A model generated the notes under the pieces. It worked only from the letters and a program-made list of their open reading frames with translations, searched no databases and was not told the DNA's origin. The position numbers were made by a program, and so were the translations under genes. From contig NZ_CALUDM010000001.1 of the NCBI RefSeq assembly GCF_943914805.1, positions 7,586 through 71,585 on the forward strand: a stretch of DNA of 64,000 bases, written 5' to 3'. This document shows, one piece after another, positions 9,931-20,844 of the stretch. Numbering within the stretch: the stretch's first letter is position 1; each line of letters opens with the position of its first letter. This DNA comes from an uncultured Acinetobacter sp. (lineage in GTDB: Bacteria > Pseudomonadota > Gammaproteobacteria > Pseudomonadales > Moraxellaceae).

Positions 9931-12900
9931 TTATCCAGCATTTTTCAGCATTTTATCCTCAGCAAAATATCCCAAAATCGCATCTAACCTGAGAATAAAT
10001 TCGCTGCTTGGTCGCCAATAGTGATAGCCTTGCTCAGCTTGACCATTCATACCACGTAAATAAAGATAAGTTGCACCGCCTAAATCACGGTCAATGTGGT
10101 AGTTTTCAAGCTGTACGCTCAAATAACGATGTAAAGCCACCAAATACAAAGATGCCTGCAACCAATAACTGGCATGTGACATGCTTTCCTGTATGGCTTG
10201 GGTCGTATAATTCTGTTGGTCTAAACCTAAGAAATTACTTTTATAATCGGCAATGTGATATTGCTGACCATCAAAAAACACCAAGTCAATTGAACCATTT
10301 AAATAACGAGCAGAATTCATTTCTTTAAATTCTGGCATATGAATATCATATTCATCAAAGAGTTGGTGAATTCGTTTAGTCGCCAAGACTCGATCGGATA
10401 ATGCCAAATAAAATGGAAATTCGGATAAATACTGATGTATATCAAGCTGTCCTAATTCAAAATGATCTAAAATTGGTGTCGTTAATACATCATTTAACCA
10501 GTCGGAAACCCATTGCAATAACGTTTCTTCTGCTTTTTGACTATATTCAGCTTTTTGATTATCTTCGGTTATTTGCTGCGGAAAAGCCAATTGGTATTGG
10601 GCAATTAATTCAGACCATAATGACGAATAATCATTTTTAAAACGGCGATGAATTTCGAGTTGCCAATATTGTCGGTCTTTAAAATCGATATGTTCAAAGA
10701 TTTCATGTAAGAAATTACCTGCCACCGTTCCTTTTGGAAAATTGGCTTTGATCCAAGCAATCGGCTGTACTTTTTCTTCACCTGCATCTGCAATAGGTTC
10801 AACAATAACCTGTTGAATTTCATCCTCAGCACTCTCTACCACCTGTTCGGCAACAGCCAAAGCATCTTGGATTTGTTGACGTGTTAAATGCTGTGCCAAG
10901 GCACTGAAACTGGTTTTACCTCGTGCATAAAAACGCTGAGTTGGAAATACTTCTGCGACAAAAGGTGGCTGAATCTCAGCTTTTGTTGCTTGCAGTCGTA
11001 TTGGTCGTTCAATTAACAGTTCTTCTTGGACGCTGCCTGCATGTTGAAATGCAGTCACAGGATGACCTCGCCAAAATGCCAAACCTGTGGTTGATTTACC
11101 AACATTGTCTTGCATCATGGCATAGACCCGATAACTGGCGCGGGTTAATGCCACGTACCATAAACGATGATGCTCGGCCAATGCACGTTCATCATGTTGT
11201 GCAATATCTTCTTTTTTAAGTGTATTGCTATCATTTACTGCAACCACTCGTTGGATTTCAACTTGCCCAGTGCTGTCGTTGAGTTGCTCTACGGTCGAGA
11301 AGTTGAGTGTTTTGTGCATTTCTTTAAAGTCTTTGTCTGCACCCAATAAGAACACGACTTTAAACTCTAAACCCTTGGATTGGTGAATGGTCATCAATTG
11401 AACCCCTGCCTCATTTGACAGTTTACGTTCCATTTCCCACTCACGCTCCATTGGCATGGTCAGTTGTTTTAAATACCAATGATAAAGATTTTGTGCGCCT
11501 TGATATTGTTCACTATGTTGGCTCAATAATTCAGTTAAGTGACGTAGATTTACCACGACACGTTCATTGTCACGGCTTTGCTTTTCAACCAACTTTGTCC
11601 ATACATGGAACTGCGTCAGCGCATATTGCCAAGCAGTTAAAAAACCTTGATTCAACCACATCTCACGGATTTGATCGAACTGTTCAATATAATGACTCAA
11701 CCCATCAGCATGTTGTTCTAACTCAATCAATTGTGTTAGTTGGAAGCCCAATAATCGACTGAGCAAAGCACGCTTTATTTTGGCTTCATCATAAGGATGC
11801 ATAATCGCTGCCAATACAGCACCGACATCTTTGGCAATCTGACTTTCAAAAACACTTTTTTTCGAAGGGCGATTCGTACGAATCCCTAAAAATTCTAAAG
11901 CTGATTGGGCTTTATCTAAGCCATCATGGTTTTTTGACAGAATCGCAATATCATTTTCATCCAGTGCTCGATTCCCCAATTTTTCTGCAAAATATAAATT
12001 GCCTTGAATACCTTGATTGAGTAAATCTCGAATTTTCCAAGCCACTTGCTCAGCTTCTTTATTTTTATCTTCAAGTTGTATCCAACGTAAAGGCTGTGGA
12101 TTTACAGAACTTTGATCGATTAAGTCAGGATGTGGTCTTGAACCTGCTTGTACTGGGGTATAACGCACTTGTTCGCCAAAATCCATTTGTCGCTGAAATA
12201 AGGCATCAACCACTTCAACCAAAGGTTTCACCGAACGATGGTTATAAATAAGATTGTATTCATGCCCTTCTTTGCCAAACACATCTTGATGTGCTTTAAG
12301 AAAAGTCAGCATATCACCACCACGGAAGCCGTAAATCGCCTGTTTACGATCACCCACCATGATCATACAACCGTTTTTGACACGACTTGGATGACGCCAA
12401 ATTTGCGCCAACATATCATCCTGATCCTGATTAGTATCTTGGAATTCATCAACCAAAATCAGTGGATAAGAGGCATGTACAAAAGTCGCAAAACGTTGCC
12501 CTTGCTCACCCTGTAAAGCTTCAGCAAGTGTCCGAATCTGTTGTGAAAAAGTGGTTTCACCTTTTTGTTGTAAAACTTGTGGTAAACGTTTTTTCACTTC
12601 TTGAGCAAGATAGTATTTTAAGAACGTATCTGTTCCAATCAACTGTTCTTCAAAATTTTCAATCTGTTGATAAATATTTAGTAATTGTCGAATAATAGGA
12701 TGCTGATAGAAAGTTGTTTGCACATTTTCCGCAGCCGCTTTCTTAAAAATCTGTTCTTCACGTAATACTTTTATAAGAGTCGCTAAGTCTGTTTTCGCCG
12801 CAGAAAGTGACGTACTTAAATAATGTTTTGCCCCCGAACGCTGTAATGTTTGAATAATGTGAGGCAAACTTTTGGCAAAAATACGATTAAAACGACCATT

Positions 12901-13755
12901 TCTAAACTTGGTACCATTAATCTGTTTGTAATGCTCACCGTCCAATAAATAATAAGCTTCTAAAGACTGTAATTGATCCAGTGGAATTTGTTTGAATTGC
13001 TCAACTGCATTTTGAAAAGTTTTAAAATCGGCTGTAGAAAATTGTGGTTCAACAAATTTCGCTGAAGCAAAATTTAAACTTTGTTCAACGGTTGCAACGT
13101 AGTAATCCACACCATGCAATTCACCTGCAAACATCAAACTATCGATGATTTCTTGCGATTGTTTTTGAATCCATTCACGCAGAATGTCATGGATCAATTG
13201 ATGACTATAACTTTTCGCATCATCGGTAATTTCAGCACGTTCAATCTTGCCACTTTCAAATGCAAATTCACGTAAGAGCTTTTGGCTAAAGCTATCCAAA
13301 GTTCCCACAAATAATTCATCTAACTGATCAATCACCAATTTTAGGCGCTCGCAAGCGTAGGCAATGCGTGAGGCAAAAGTTTCTAATAACTTGGAAAATA
13401 ACGGATCAGACTCTTGTTTGGCTTTCGCTAAAACTTCGTGTTCAGTTAATTCACGACAAGCCTCAAAATAACGAGCTGTTTCTTGTAATCGAGAGCGAAT
13501 ACGACTTTTTAATTCAGCTGCAGCTTTACGGGTAAATGTCGTTGCAATGACTTGTTTGGGTAAATATTTTTCTAGGAATATCCGAACCATTAAACTGGAT
13601 AAAGTATAAGTTTTTCCTGTTCCAGCAGACGCTTCAATCCAGTGTAAGCCTAAAAATTGCATATCTGAAATTGGTTGAATAGACACTTTTTTCGTGTTTG
13701 CAATGACTGACGTTTCAACAGTCGTTTGTGGAGAAGTCGCATTATTCATCATCAT
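9931..13755 (-). CDS. recB: Exodeoxyribonuclease V beta subunit RecB (helicase-nuclease)
   Basis: 1274 aa. N-terminal UvrD-like helicase with Walker A IEASAGTGKTYTLSSL. C-terminal PD-(D/E)XK nuclease region (GSIDLVF...DYKSN). 4-bp ATGA overlap with recC. Confidence 0.92.
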   Translation of the reverse strand: MMMNNATSPQTTVETSVIANTKKVSIQPISDMQFLGLHWIEASAGTGKTYTLSSLMVRIFLEKYLPKQVIATTFTRKAAAELKSRIRSRLQETARYFEACRELTEHEVLAKAKQESDPLFSKLLETFASRIAYACERLKLVIDQLDELFVGTLDSFSQKLLREFAFESGKIERAEITDDAKSYSHQLIHDILREWIQKQSQEIIDSLMFAGELHGVDYYVATVEQSLNFASAKFVEPQFSTADFKTFQNAVEQFKQIPLDQLQSLEAYYLLDGEHYKQINGTKFRNGRFNRIFAKSLPHIIQTLQRSGAKHYLSTSLSAAKTDLATLIKVLREEQIFKKAAAENVQTTFYQHPIIRQLLNIYQQIENFEEQLIGTDTFLKYYLAQEVKKRLPQVLQQKGETTFSQQIRTLAEALQGEQGQRFATFVHASYPLILVDEFQDTNQDQDDMLAQIWRHPSRVKNGCMIMVGDRKQAIYGFRGGDMLTFLKAHQDVFGKEGHEYNLIYNHRSVKPLVEVVDALFQRQMDFGEQVRYTPVQAGSRPHPDLIDQSSVNPQPLRWIQLEDKNKEAEQVAWKIRDLLNQGIQGNLYFAEKLGNRALDENDIAILSKNHDGLDKAQSALEFLGIRTNRPSKKSVFESQIAKDVGAVLAAIMHPYDEAKIKRALLSRLLGFQLTQLIELEQHADGLSHYIEQFDQIREMWLNQGFLTAWQYALTQFHVWTKLVEKQSRDNERVVVNLRHLTELLSQHSEQYQGAQNLYHWYLKQLTMPMEREWEMERKLSNEAGVQLMTIHQSKGLEFKVVFLLGADKDFKEMHKTLNFSTVEQLNDSTGQVEIQRVVAVNDSNTLKKEDIAQHDERALAEHHRLWYVALTRASYRVYAMMQDNVGKSTTGLAFWRGHPVTAFQHAGSVQEELLIERPIRLQATKAEIQPPFVAEVFPTQRFYARGKTSFSALAQHLTRQQIQDALAVAEQVVESAEDEIQQVIVEPIADAGEEKVQPIAWIKANFPKGTVAGNFLHEIFEHIDFKDRQYWQLEIHRRFKNDYSSLWSELIAQYQLAFPQQITEDNQKAEYSQKAEETLLQWVSDWLNDVLTTPILDHFELGQLDIHQYLSEFPFYLALSDRVLATKRIHQLFDEYDIHMPEFKEMNSARYLNGSIDLVFFDGQQYHIADYKSNFLGLDQQNYTTQAIQESMSHASYWLQASLYLVALHRYLSVQLENYHIDRDLGGATYLYLRGMNGQAEQGYHYWRPSSEFILRLDAILGYFAEDKMLKNAG

Positions 13756-16700
13756 TCCTCCTCCACAAATTGATACTGATAAATCGGTTGATACAAATCA
13801 TGTGCAAATTGATCGCAGGCATGTTTCAACAATGCCGTAGCATCCTGTTCTTGCAAGATAAATTGCCAATCTCGATGAAAGCGAGTGGCCTCATTATCCT
13901 CCACTGAAAATGCACTAAAACGTGCAGCATCAGCATTCCACTCTTTTAAAATATCGCCCAGATCATCAATAACAATCTGTCCTGATTCATTTTCAAACCA
14001 TTCTAAAGCCTTGTCTTTTTCTGCTAATTTTAATAATAACGCTGCAGGTAAGACCAATGGTTGTGACTGCGCATAAGCATAGGCCTTAAACCATGCCAGC
14101 AAATAGACTTTGGCTTGTTTGGAACTTAATCCTGTACTGATAATGGTGACATCACTGAATAATGCGATACGGCGCAACGCTTTGGACTGAGTATCATCTA
14201 AATCTAAATAACTAAGCCACAATAAATATTCTAGCCACACTTTTGCACGACGCTTCGCACGACCACTGGATGCATCCATACTGACCCAATCATTGACTGT
14301 ATGTAGTGGCACAGTGATGTTAACCACAAACTTATCTTCAATACGCCATTGACGTTGTGTGGTTGCTGTGACTTCAGTTGCATAACGTTTTAAGCGGACA
14401 TTCAAAGCATCTTGTTCAACTAAACTGATTTGCCAAGCGCTGTGTTGAACTTTGCCGATGGGCAATTGATCTTGTAGCTGATTTTGTAACTGGTTTTGTA
14501 GTTGCTCAGTACCATGAATGACCGATTGATCAGCTAGGCTGTCTTTGCCTAAATTCTGCTTTTGTAAAAAATCTCGAATCTGATAACGTGCCAACCCATC
14601 TAAAACCAAAGGTTCAACTTGAGTTGGAATATCTTCCGCACTCAAATTTTCAACCCCTAAAGTTTTCAAATATAACCGTGCAGGGAAAGTCACATCATTA
14701 ATCCATTGCCCTGCGTCTAAAACAGTGACGTCATCTTGCACAACGGGATATGGCACATTTGCCCATGCTTCCCTATGCGATAAGCTGTCGGCTTGGCGGA
14801 TTTGTTGTGCCACTTGATACCATTGATCTTGATAGCGAATATTTTCTGCCGATTCAAAGCCATTTGGGTCAAAAGGTTGTAAGGTATGAATGTGATATAG
14901 AGATTGAATTTGTTCAGGAATTTCAATGCCGTTGAGCTCAACCAAAGTGTCAGTTTGGTTAGATGAAGTTGTTTCAGATTGGCTAATAAAAGCAATATGA
15001 TTCATCAATTCCTGCAACACACTGGATGGATCACGGACTTCACCATCACTCACATCAAAACCATTATAGAACAGCCACAAATTTTCTTGTGCTAAGAGCA
15101 AAGCATCCAAAAATGCCCCTTGATCATCATCTAAACGTGAACGATCACCCAATTGTGGCTTGAGAATTTCCATCAAATCGAAAGGCAAATGTGAACTTCT
15201 ATTTGGAAATTTCCCACCATCTAAATTCATCATCACAATCAATTTATACGGTAATGGGCGAATCAAACCAATTTGGCTAAAGGTAATTTGCCCTGTTGGT
15301 AAAGCCTGATCAATTTGCCCTTCTAAAATGTTTTGGATTTCGGTAAGTAAATACGGTAATGGCAAATGAATATTTTTAAGAATTGGATTTTCTTGTTCAT
15401 CATAAAAACTGGCTAATGTGAGCATACGCTCTTGTTTTTTAACAATTTCACGGACTGATTTTAGTGCTTCAACACCAGCTTGTTCAAATTCAAGAATGTC
15501 CTGCATCAATAATTTTAACCATGTTTCAGCATCTGATTTTAAGCCTGATTCCGTACTTAACTCATGTGCTGTCATCCAATGGCGACGTTCGACAAAATCT
15601 TGATAGATCGCAATGAGTTTACTGATCAGTTCAAAATCACTTGGTAAAACTTGCGCATAACTGAGCGTATTTTCAAACATTGCATGTTCAGGAATCGCCA
15701 CACCCAAAACCAAACGATCTAAAGCAAATTTAAAACTAAAGCGATAGTCTTCATCATCTGCGCTTAAACCCCGTTGCAAATGTGCATCATCTAAACCTCG
15801 CTTAAACCCTGCACTGATCAATAATGCGATCATACGTTGAGTATTTTGAATATTCAGTTCATAACGTAATTGGGTTGCGTTTAAATTCAACCAATCTGCA
15901 AAGTCTTCAATACTCAATCGCCCTTCGACTAACTGAATTCGACCTAAAACGGCACGCCATGCATTGACTGCATCCAGTTGCGTCACCCCTGCAATTTTAA
16001 CAGGTAAATAAACGCCCTCTTGATTAGGCGCATGAGGAAACACACTCCGAATCAGTGGTTCAATTTGCTTTAAATCAGGCACTAAAACCAAAACATCACT
16101 TGGTCGGTGCGGGTTTTCAGCACTACTTTGCGTTAACCAGTGAATCAATTGATCTTTTAATACTTCCAGTTGGCGAAGCGAAGAATGACAAACATGGATT
16201 TGAATTGAGTTATCCTGTGGGTCTAAAACATAGGCATGCGCTTCTGGTTCGACCAAATACAAAATATCAGACTGTAACTTTGATAATAAATCTGTGGGTG
16301 CTTCATCGACAAAAGCATCGACCCATTGCCCTTCTTCCCCAGAAGATAAGTTGGATAAAATGGAGAAATGGTCACGGGCTTGTTTTCCAAAACGGGTCAG
16401 TAATGGATGGCGTGATTCACGAATTTCAGCATTAAAATTTAAGGTAAATTCATCAAAGAATTTTTGAATATCTGCATCGGTCGCTTTGGGATGTTTGGTA
16501 ATAAAACGCTCTTTGACTCTTAGATCATATTGCTTTTTCCAGTTTGGATCGACACTGTCCGCCCAATATTCTTGTGATGGGTTGTAATGTAAAATCACCA
16601 CATCCAAATATTGTCCCAAGCGTCTTAAAAACTGCAATTGGCTCGGTGGTAGATCCAATAAAGTAAAAATAATCAATCGGCTTGGTAATTTCTTTAATGC

Positions 16701-17483
16701 TTTTTGACGACGTTCTGGATCATCCATAACTTGCCAAAAATCAGCATCAATACTTTTCATTTCAATGAAATCTTCATGAAATGTATGTTGCCATAACCAA
16801 CGTTGCCAACGTTCTAATTGCTGTGCTTGATTTAAAGTAAATGCTGAAACTTGTTGATTGGTCTTAAAAAATTGTTGTTCTAAATCCAGTTCCTGACCTT
16901 GCCCCCATTGCCCTAACCAATTGTTTGAACAAGTACAAACATCGCCCTGATTCTGTTGGCAACCACGCAAACAATCACCACGATACTGCATATAGTTACT
17001 GAACAATTTCGATACTTGTTCAGATACCCAATACAACATGCTTTGCTTTTTGAGTTGCTTCTCTAAACCATTTTCAAGCTGTGAAGCTGAATCATAAATA
17101 CGTTGAATAATTGAATAAAGTGGATGATCTTCTGCAAGACTATTTTCAGCCGTTTCGATAAAGCCTTTTAAAGTTTGATAAATTCGCCATTTCATAATCA
17201 AACGTGGAATATTGGCTTTTCGTACTTTGTCTTTATCATCCAAAACTTGTTGATATGCAAACCATTGAAAGCCACGAATGCGTTGATGAAACAGACTATT
17301 GGCACTAATACCTTGTTGTTCTGCAATTTTTTGAGTTAACCATTCCTGAACCGCAGGACTCGGTACAATAAAATGTTGCGTTTGGAGTACAGCAAACGGA
17401 TTCTTGGAAGGCTTGATGGTATTTTGCAATAGACCTTGCACCAATACTTCAATGCTTTGACTTTGAATCACATGAATTGCCAT
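13752..17483 (-). CDS. recC: Exodeoxyribonuclease V gamma subunit RecC
   Basis: 1243 aa, first gene of the operon, overlapping recB start. Size and position match RecC. Confidence 0.85.
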   Translation of the reverse strand: MAIHVIQSQSIEVLVQGLLQNTIKPSKNPFAVLQTQHFIVPSPAVQEWLTQKIAEQQGISANSLFHQRIRGFQWFAYQQVLDDKDKVRKANIPRLIMKWRIYQTLKGFIETAENSLAEDHPLYSIIQRIYDSASQLENGLEKQLKKQSMLYWVSEQVSKLFSNYMQYRGDCLRGCQQNQGDVCTCSNNWLGQWGQGQELDLEQQFFKTNQQVSAFTLNQAQQLERWQRWLWQHTFHEDFIEMKSIDADFWQVMDDPERRQKALKKLPSRLIIFTLLDLPPSQLQFLRRLGQYLDVVILHYNPSQEYWADSVDPNWKKQYDLRVKERFITKHPKATDADIQKFFDEFTLNFNAEIRESRHPLLTRFGKQARDHFSILSNLSSGEEGQWVDAFVDEAPTDLLSKLQSDILYLVEPEAHAYVLDPQDNSIQIHVCHSSLRQLEVLKDQLIHWLTQSSAENPHRPSDVLVLVPDLKQIEPLIRSVFPHAPNQEGVYLPVKIAGVTQLDAVNAWRAVLGRIQLVEGRLSIEDFADWLNLNATQLRYELNIQNTQRMIALLISAGFKRGLDDAHLQRGLSADDEDYRFSFKFALDRLVLGVAIPEHAMFENTLSYAQVLPSDFELISKLIAIYQDFVERRHWMTAHELSTESGLKSDAETWLKLLMQDILEFEQAGVEALKSVREIVKKQERMLTLASFYDEQENPILKNIHLPLPYLLTEIQNILEGQIDQALPTGQITFSQIGLIRPLPYKLIVMMNLDGGKFPNRSSHLPFDLMEILKPQLGDRSRLDDDQGAFLDALLLAQENLWLFYNGFDVSDGEVRDPSSVLQELMNHIAFISQSETTSSNQTDTLVELNGIEIPEQIQSLYHIHTLQPFDPNGFESAENIRYQDQWYQVAQQIRQADSLSHREAWANVPYPVVQDDVTVLDAGQWINDVTFPARLYLKTLGVENLSAEDIPTQVEPLVLDGLARYQIRDFLQKQNLGKDSLADQSVIHGTEQLQNQLQNQLQDQLPIGKVQHSAWQISLVEQDALNVRLKRYATEVTATTQRQWRIEDKFVVNITVPLHTVNDWVSMDASSGRAKRRAKVWLEYLLWLSYLDLDDTQSKALRRIALFSDVTIISTGLSSKQAKVYLLAWFKAYAYAQSQPLVLPAALLLKLAEKDKALEWFENESGQIVIDDLGDILKEWNADAARFSAFSVEDNEATRFHRDWQFILQEQDATALLKHACDQFAHDLYQPIYQYQFVEEE

Positions 17484-17669
17484 AATTTCTCAACTGTCAA
17501 TCTTCAATCATTTGTGTCAGTGCACAAAAACATAAACATTCGCCACTATACATCTTGATCATACTATGGCATTTTTAAAGCATTATTTGGAAATAACTTC
17601 ACAATTTCAAGCTCAAAAGCAGCTTCGCTAGAAATATGATAAAAAGCTTGAATCAAAGGTAATTGTTTT

Positions 17670-18182
17670 ATGAAAATTGATAAAATCCCTGACGCGATCG
17701 ACCCAAATTTAAATTTAGAACAGGTCCGCGAAGAATGTCTAGAACTGGTAAAAAAACGTTCTTATGTATCAGCAGGTGCAGCCGTTGTTCCCGTGCCTTT
17801 TTTTGATGTGGTGATTGATGTTGGGATGTTGTCCTTTTTAATTCCTGAAATTAATGCTCGTTTTGGTTTAGCGCCTGATCAAATCAGTGTTTATGACCCT
17901 GCAACGAAAAAAATCCACTGGAGTGAGTTACGTAAACGTGGCTTTGAATTTTCAGGCTTGGTGGTTGCTCGTACCGCTGTAAAATCATCTTTAAATAATA
18001 TTGCAGCCAAAGTCATCACCAAACAAGTCACCAAGTTTATTCCTTTAGGTGGTTCAATCATTGCTGCCAGCTTGGGCTATATTGTGATGAAAAAGGTTGC
18101 CGAAGCACACGTTGAAGATTGCTACAAACTTGCCAAGAGCATTCAGCAGAAACAACAAGCCAGTGTGGTGAAATCTGCTTAA
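17670..18182 (+). CDS. Small conserved hypothetical protein, DUF697-like (resembles C-terminal domain of YcjF)
   Basis: 170 aa. Segment AAKVITKQVTKFIPLGGSIIAASLGYIVMKKVAEAHVEDC resembles the YcjF/DUF697 region ...[22 protein letters not shown]. Assignment rests on my recall of the family. Confidence 0.35.
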   Translation: MKIDKIPDAIDPNLNLEQVREECLELVKKRSYVSAGAAVVPVPFFDVVIDVGMLSFLIPEINARFGLAPDQISVYDPATKKIHWSELRKRGFEFSGLVVARTAVKSSLNNIAAKVITKQVTKFIPLGGSIIAASLGYIVMKKVAEAHVEDCYKLAKSIQQKQQASVVKSA

Positions 18183-18258
18183 TGTAAAATATAGATGATA
18201 AATCTAATACTGATTAGCTAAGAGTAATTTAATGATTGCTCATTTTAGATTATTGGTA

Positions 18259-18284
18259 CTCCCTCCTTTTCCAAAGGAGGGTTG
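18259..18284. terminator. GC-rich hairpin CCCTCCTTT-tcc-AAAGGAGGG between convergent genes
   Basis: Perfect 9-bp stem at 18261-18281 between the DUF697-like gene (+) and ppk2 (-). No strong flanking T-run on either strand. Confidence 0.4.
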
Positions 18285-18433
18285 GGGAGGATTTAAAATA
18301 CTTAACGAACGGGTATTAGGATGATAAATCCATTTTTTATTCGTTATCTAATTCTCACCACACACCTTGCCTAGAAAGCCCTTCCATATAAGTGTCAAAA
18401 TCAATAAACGTATCTAAGCTAATGGCTAAATCA

Positions 18434-19861
18434 TCAATCCGTTTTTAACTGTTTCAGAATTGCTTTTAAGACCTGAATCCGAGCTGAATACTTATCATTG
18501 GTCGCAACAATATGCCACGGCGCATAGGCTGTATTAGTACGTGCAAACATATCCGCAGCCGCATTCAAATAATCATCCCAATGCCCACGATTACGCCAAT
18601 CATCAGGGGTAATTTTAAAACGTTTATGAGGCGTTTCTTCACGGGCTTTAAAACGAGCTTCTTGCTCATCTTTGGTAATCGCCAACCAAAATTTTATGAT
18701 CACAGTTTGATTATCTGTTAAATCTTTTTCATAACGGTTAATTTCATCGTAAGCACGTTGCCACTCAGCAGGCTTAGCAAATCCTTCAATCCGTTCAACC
18801 AAAACACGGCCATACCACGTTCGATCAAAAATCGTAATCTCACCATTATCGGTCAGCTTCGTCCAAAAACGCCATAAATAAGGACGACGTAACTCGTACT
18901 TTTCAGGTGCTGCAATGGTATGGATTTCATATTCACGAGGATCAAGCTTTTTCACAATCCGTTTAATTGACCCACCCTTACCTGCCGCATCCATTCCTTC
19001 AAAAGTAATGATGACATTACGTGAGTCATTGCGTAGGGCATCGGATACTTTCTTCGTCAAGTTTTTTAATTCCGCTTGATAATCCTCCTTAGTCATTTCT
19101 TCTGTAGAAGGATTCAATAATTCCTCTGGAATTGGCGTTTGACGCCATTTAGTACGCACTGTGGTTTTATGTTTTGGTAATTGTTTTAAGGCATGCAAAA
19201 TATATTGTGCAAATTGTTGATCACGTACACTTTCATCCTCACAATCAATCACATACCAATCATCGGTAAATCGCTGGCGTAATTTTTGGACATTGTCATA
19301 TTGTTTTTTATTACGCCAATCCAAACCGAATAATTTATGCCATCGTTGTTGAGAGGCATCCATATCATCCATACGTTTTTGTAAATTTTTCCAAGGTAAA
19401 TCAAACCAAACCTTAATGACATCGACATTATTATTTTTTAAATCTTGTTCATAAGCACGCATATTTTCCACATAAGCATCAAATAGCGTGTCATCTAAAG
19501 GCTTAGATACATGTAAAGCAGTGGCTAATAAATCACTGTACCAATTGCCAAAAAACACCTGAATTTGACCTTCGGCAGGAATAAAACGAGCATACGGTTG
19601 CCAAAATGTTTGTTTACTTTCAAATAAATGTGCAGGATCAGCTTTCACACGTAGATAACGAGGATCAACCCATTCACGCAGTTGTTTTACCGCCTCGCCT
19701 TTTCCTGCCATTTCAATGCCACTGACAAGAATCACTAAGCTTTTTGCGTTATTTTGATCTCGGGAATTTTTCAAAGCATATTGTGCTTCAATTAAATCCA
19801 CCGATAATTCTTCTTCATTACGCACAGAAATTTGTAATTGTTGTTCTAACATAAGCTTCAC
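18434..19861 (-). CDS. Polyphosphate kinase 2 family, two-domain polyphosphate:AMP phosphotransferase (PAP)
   Basis: 475 aa with two PPK2 domains, each with its own Walker A (VILVSGIEMAGKGEAV and VIITFEGMDAAGKGGSI) and lid motifs. Same size and architecture as the Acinetobacter johnsonii PAP enzyme. Confidence 0.85.
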   Translation of the reverse strand: MKLMLEQQLQISVRNEEELSVDLIEAQYALKNSRDQNNAKSLVILVSGIEMAGKGEAVKQLREWVDPRYLRVKADPAHLFESKQTFWQPYARFIPAEGQIQVFFGNWYSDLLATALHVSKPLDDTLFDAYVENMRAYEQDLKNNNVDVIKVWFDLPWKNLQKRMDDMDASQQRWHKLFGLDWRNKKQYDNVQKLRQRFTDDWYVIDCEDESVRDQQFAQYILHALKQLPKHKTTVRTKWRQTPIPEELLNPSTEEMTKEDYQAELKNLTKKVSDALRNDSRNVIITFEGMDAAGKGGSIKRIVKKLDPREYEIHTIAAPEKYELRRPYLWRFWTKLTDNGEITIFDRTWYGRVLVERIEGFAKPAEWQRAYDEINRYEKDLTDNQTVIIKFWLAITKDEQEARFKAREETPHKRFKITPDDWRNRGHWDDYLNAAADMFARTNTAYAPWHIVATNDKYSARIQVLKAILKQLKTD

Positions 19862-20057
19862 ATTTTAATGAGTCATTTCATTTGAGTATAACCACTTCAC
19901 TTATTGAAATTTATATATTTTATGTATAGAAAATAAAAAAATTGCTGCTCTTAAAAATATAGACTGGCATTATTTATGCATTCTTTTGATTTAATTGTCA
20001 TAGAGATACCGTTAAACTGTCTTTATGCTTTTAAAAAATGATATTTAGAGTTTTTAC

Positions 20058-20762
20058 ATGTCTAAACTTGCAGAACTAGACCAGCTTTTAGAACAATACC
20101 AACAATTTAGCTACCATACTGACCCAGTTTTAGAAAAACGCTTACATGAAGCACAAGATTGGTTAAAAATGCGTATTCAACGCACCCATCATGAATTGTT
20201 TAATCAACCTGAAAATCAGTTGATGGCAAAATATTTTATTAACCGTTTATATGGCGGGCCAGAATTTGATGATTTGGCTGTTCAAATTGAACGTCTGTTA
20301 AAATATGCCCATAAAGCTGAAAAAATCATTCCTGAAAATGCAATCAAAACAGGACTTAAATCGGTTGGCTTAGCAGTATTGGCTATGCAATTAGATGAGG
20401 AAGTTGCGGCTCAACTCCTCCAAGATTATCCAGTGAATCAAGCCATTGATGATGAAATGATGCGTTTAACGCTGATTAAACTTGATCAACAGCAAGCGCG
20501 TGACCAACAATTACTGTTATTAGATGATTTAGGTACCGCATTAGATAAATATATGCGCTCATTCATTATGCATACTGCTTTTAAAATGTGTAAAGGCACA
20601 GCGAATAAATATCATTTTGAATTAATGTATGACTTTATTGGTGAGGGTTTTGTTGCAATGAAGCCAATGAAATCTGCGGCAAAATTCATTCACGAATTTA
20701 CAGTGAAAGAACGTGAAATCGTTGAAAAAGTACATTCAGGACAAGTGAATCCGTTTGTTTAG
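20058..20762 (+). CDS. Hypothetical protein (234 aa, acidic, helical; no recognisable catalytic motif)
   Basis: Clean ORF with own promoter region, followed 24 bp later by a 20-bp perfect inverted repeat. No family recognised from sequence. Confidence 0.5.
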   Translation: MSKLAELDQLLEQYQQFSYHTDPVLEKRLHEAQDWLKMRIQRTHHELFNQPENQLMAKYFINRLYGGPEFDDLAVQIERLLKYAHKAEKIIPENAIKTGLKSVGLAVLAMQLDEEVAAQLLQDYPVNQAIDDEMMRLTLIKLDQQQARDQQLLLLDDLGTALDKYMRSFIMHTAFKMCKGTANKYHFELMYDFIGEGFVAMKPMKSAAKFIHEFTVKEREIVEKVHSGQVNPFV

Positions 20763-20786
20763 GCTTTAAATAAACGCAATAAATAG

Positions 20787-20844
20787 AATACTTGCTCAGC
20801 AATAGCGTATTTACATTAAAATAAGCTATTGCTGAGCAAGTATT
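20787..20844 (+). terminator. 20-bp perfect inverted repeat AATACTTGCTCAGCAATAGC-(18 nt)-GCTATTGCTGAGCAAGTATT; terminator or operator downstream of the hypothetical gene
   Basis: Arms are exact reverse complements. Followed by TGATGTTTT. Loop is long (18 nt), so a regulatory palindrome is also possible. Confidence 0.5.
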
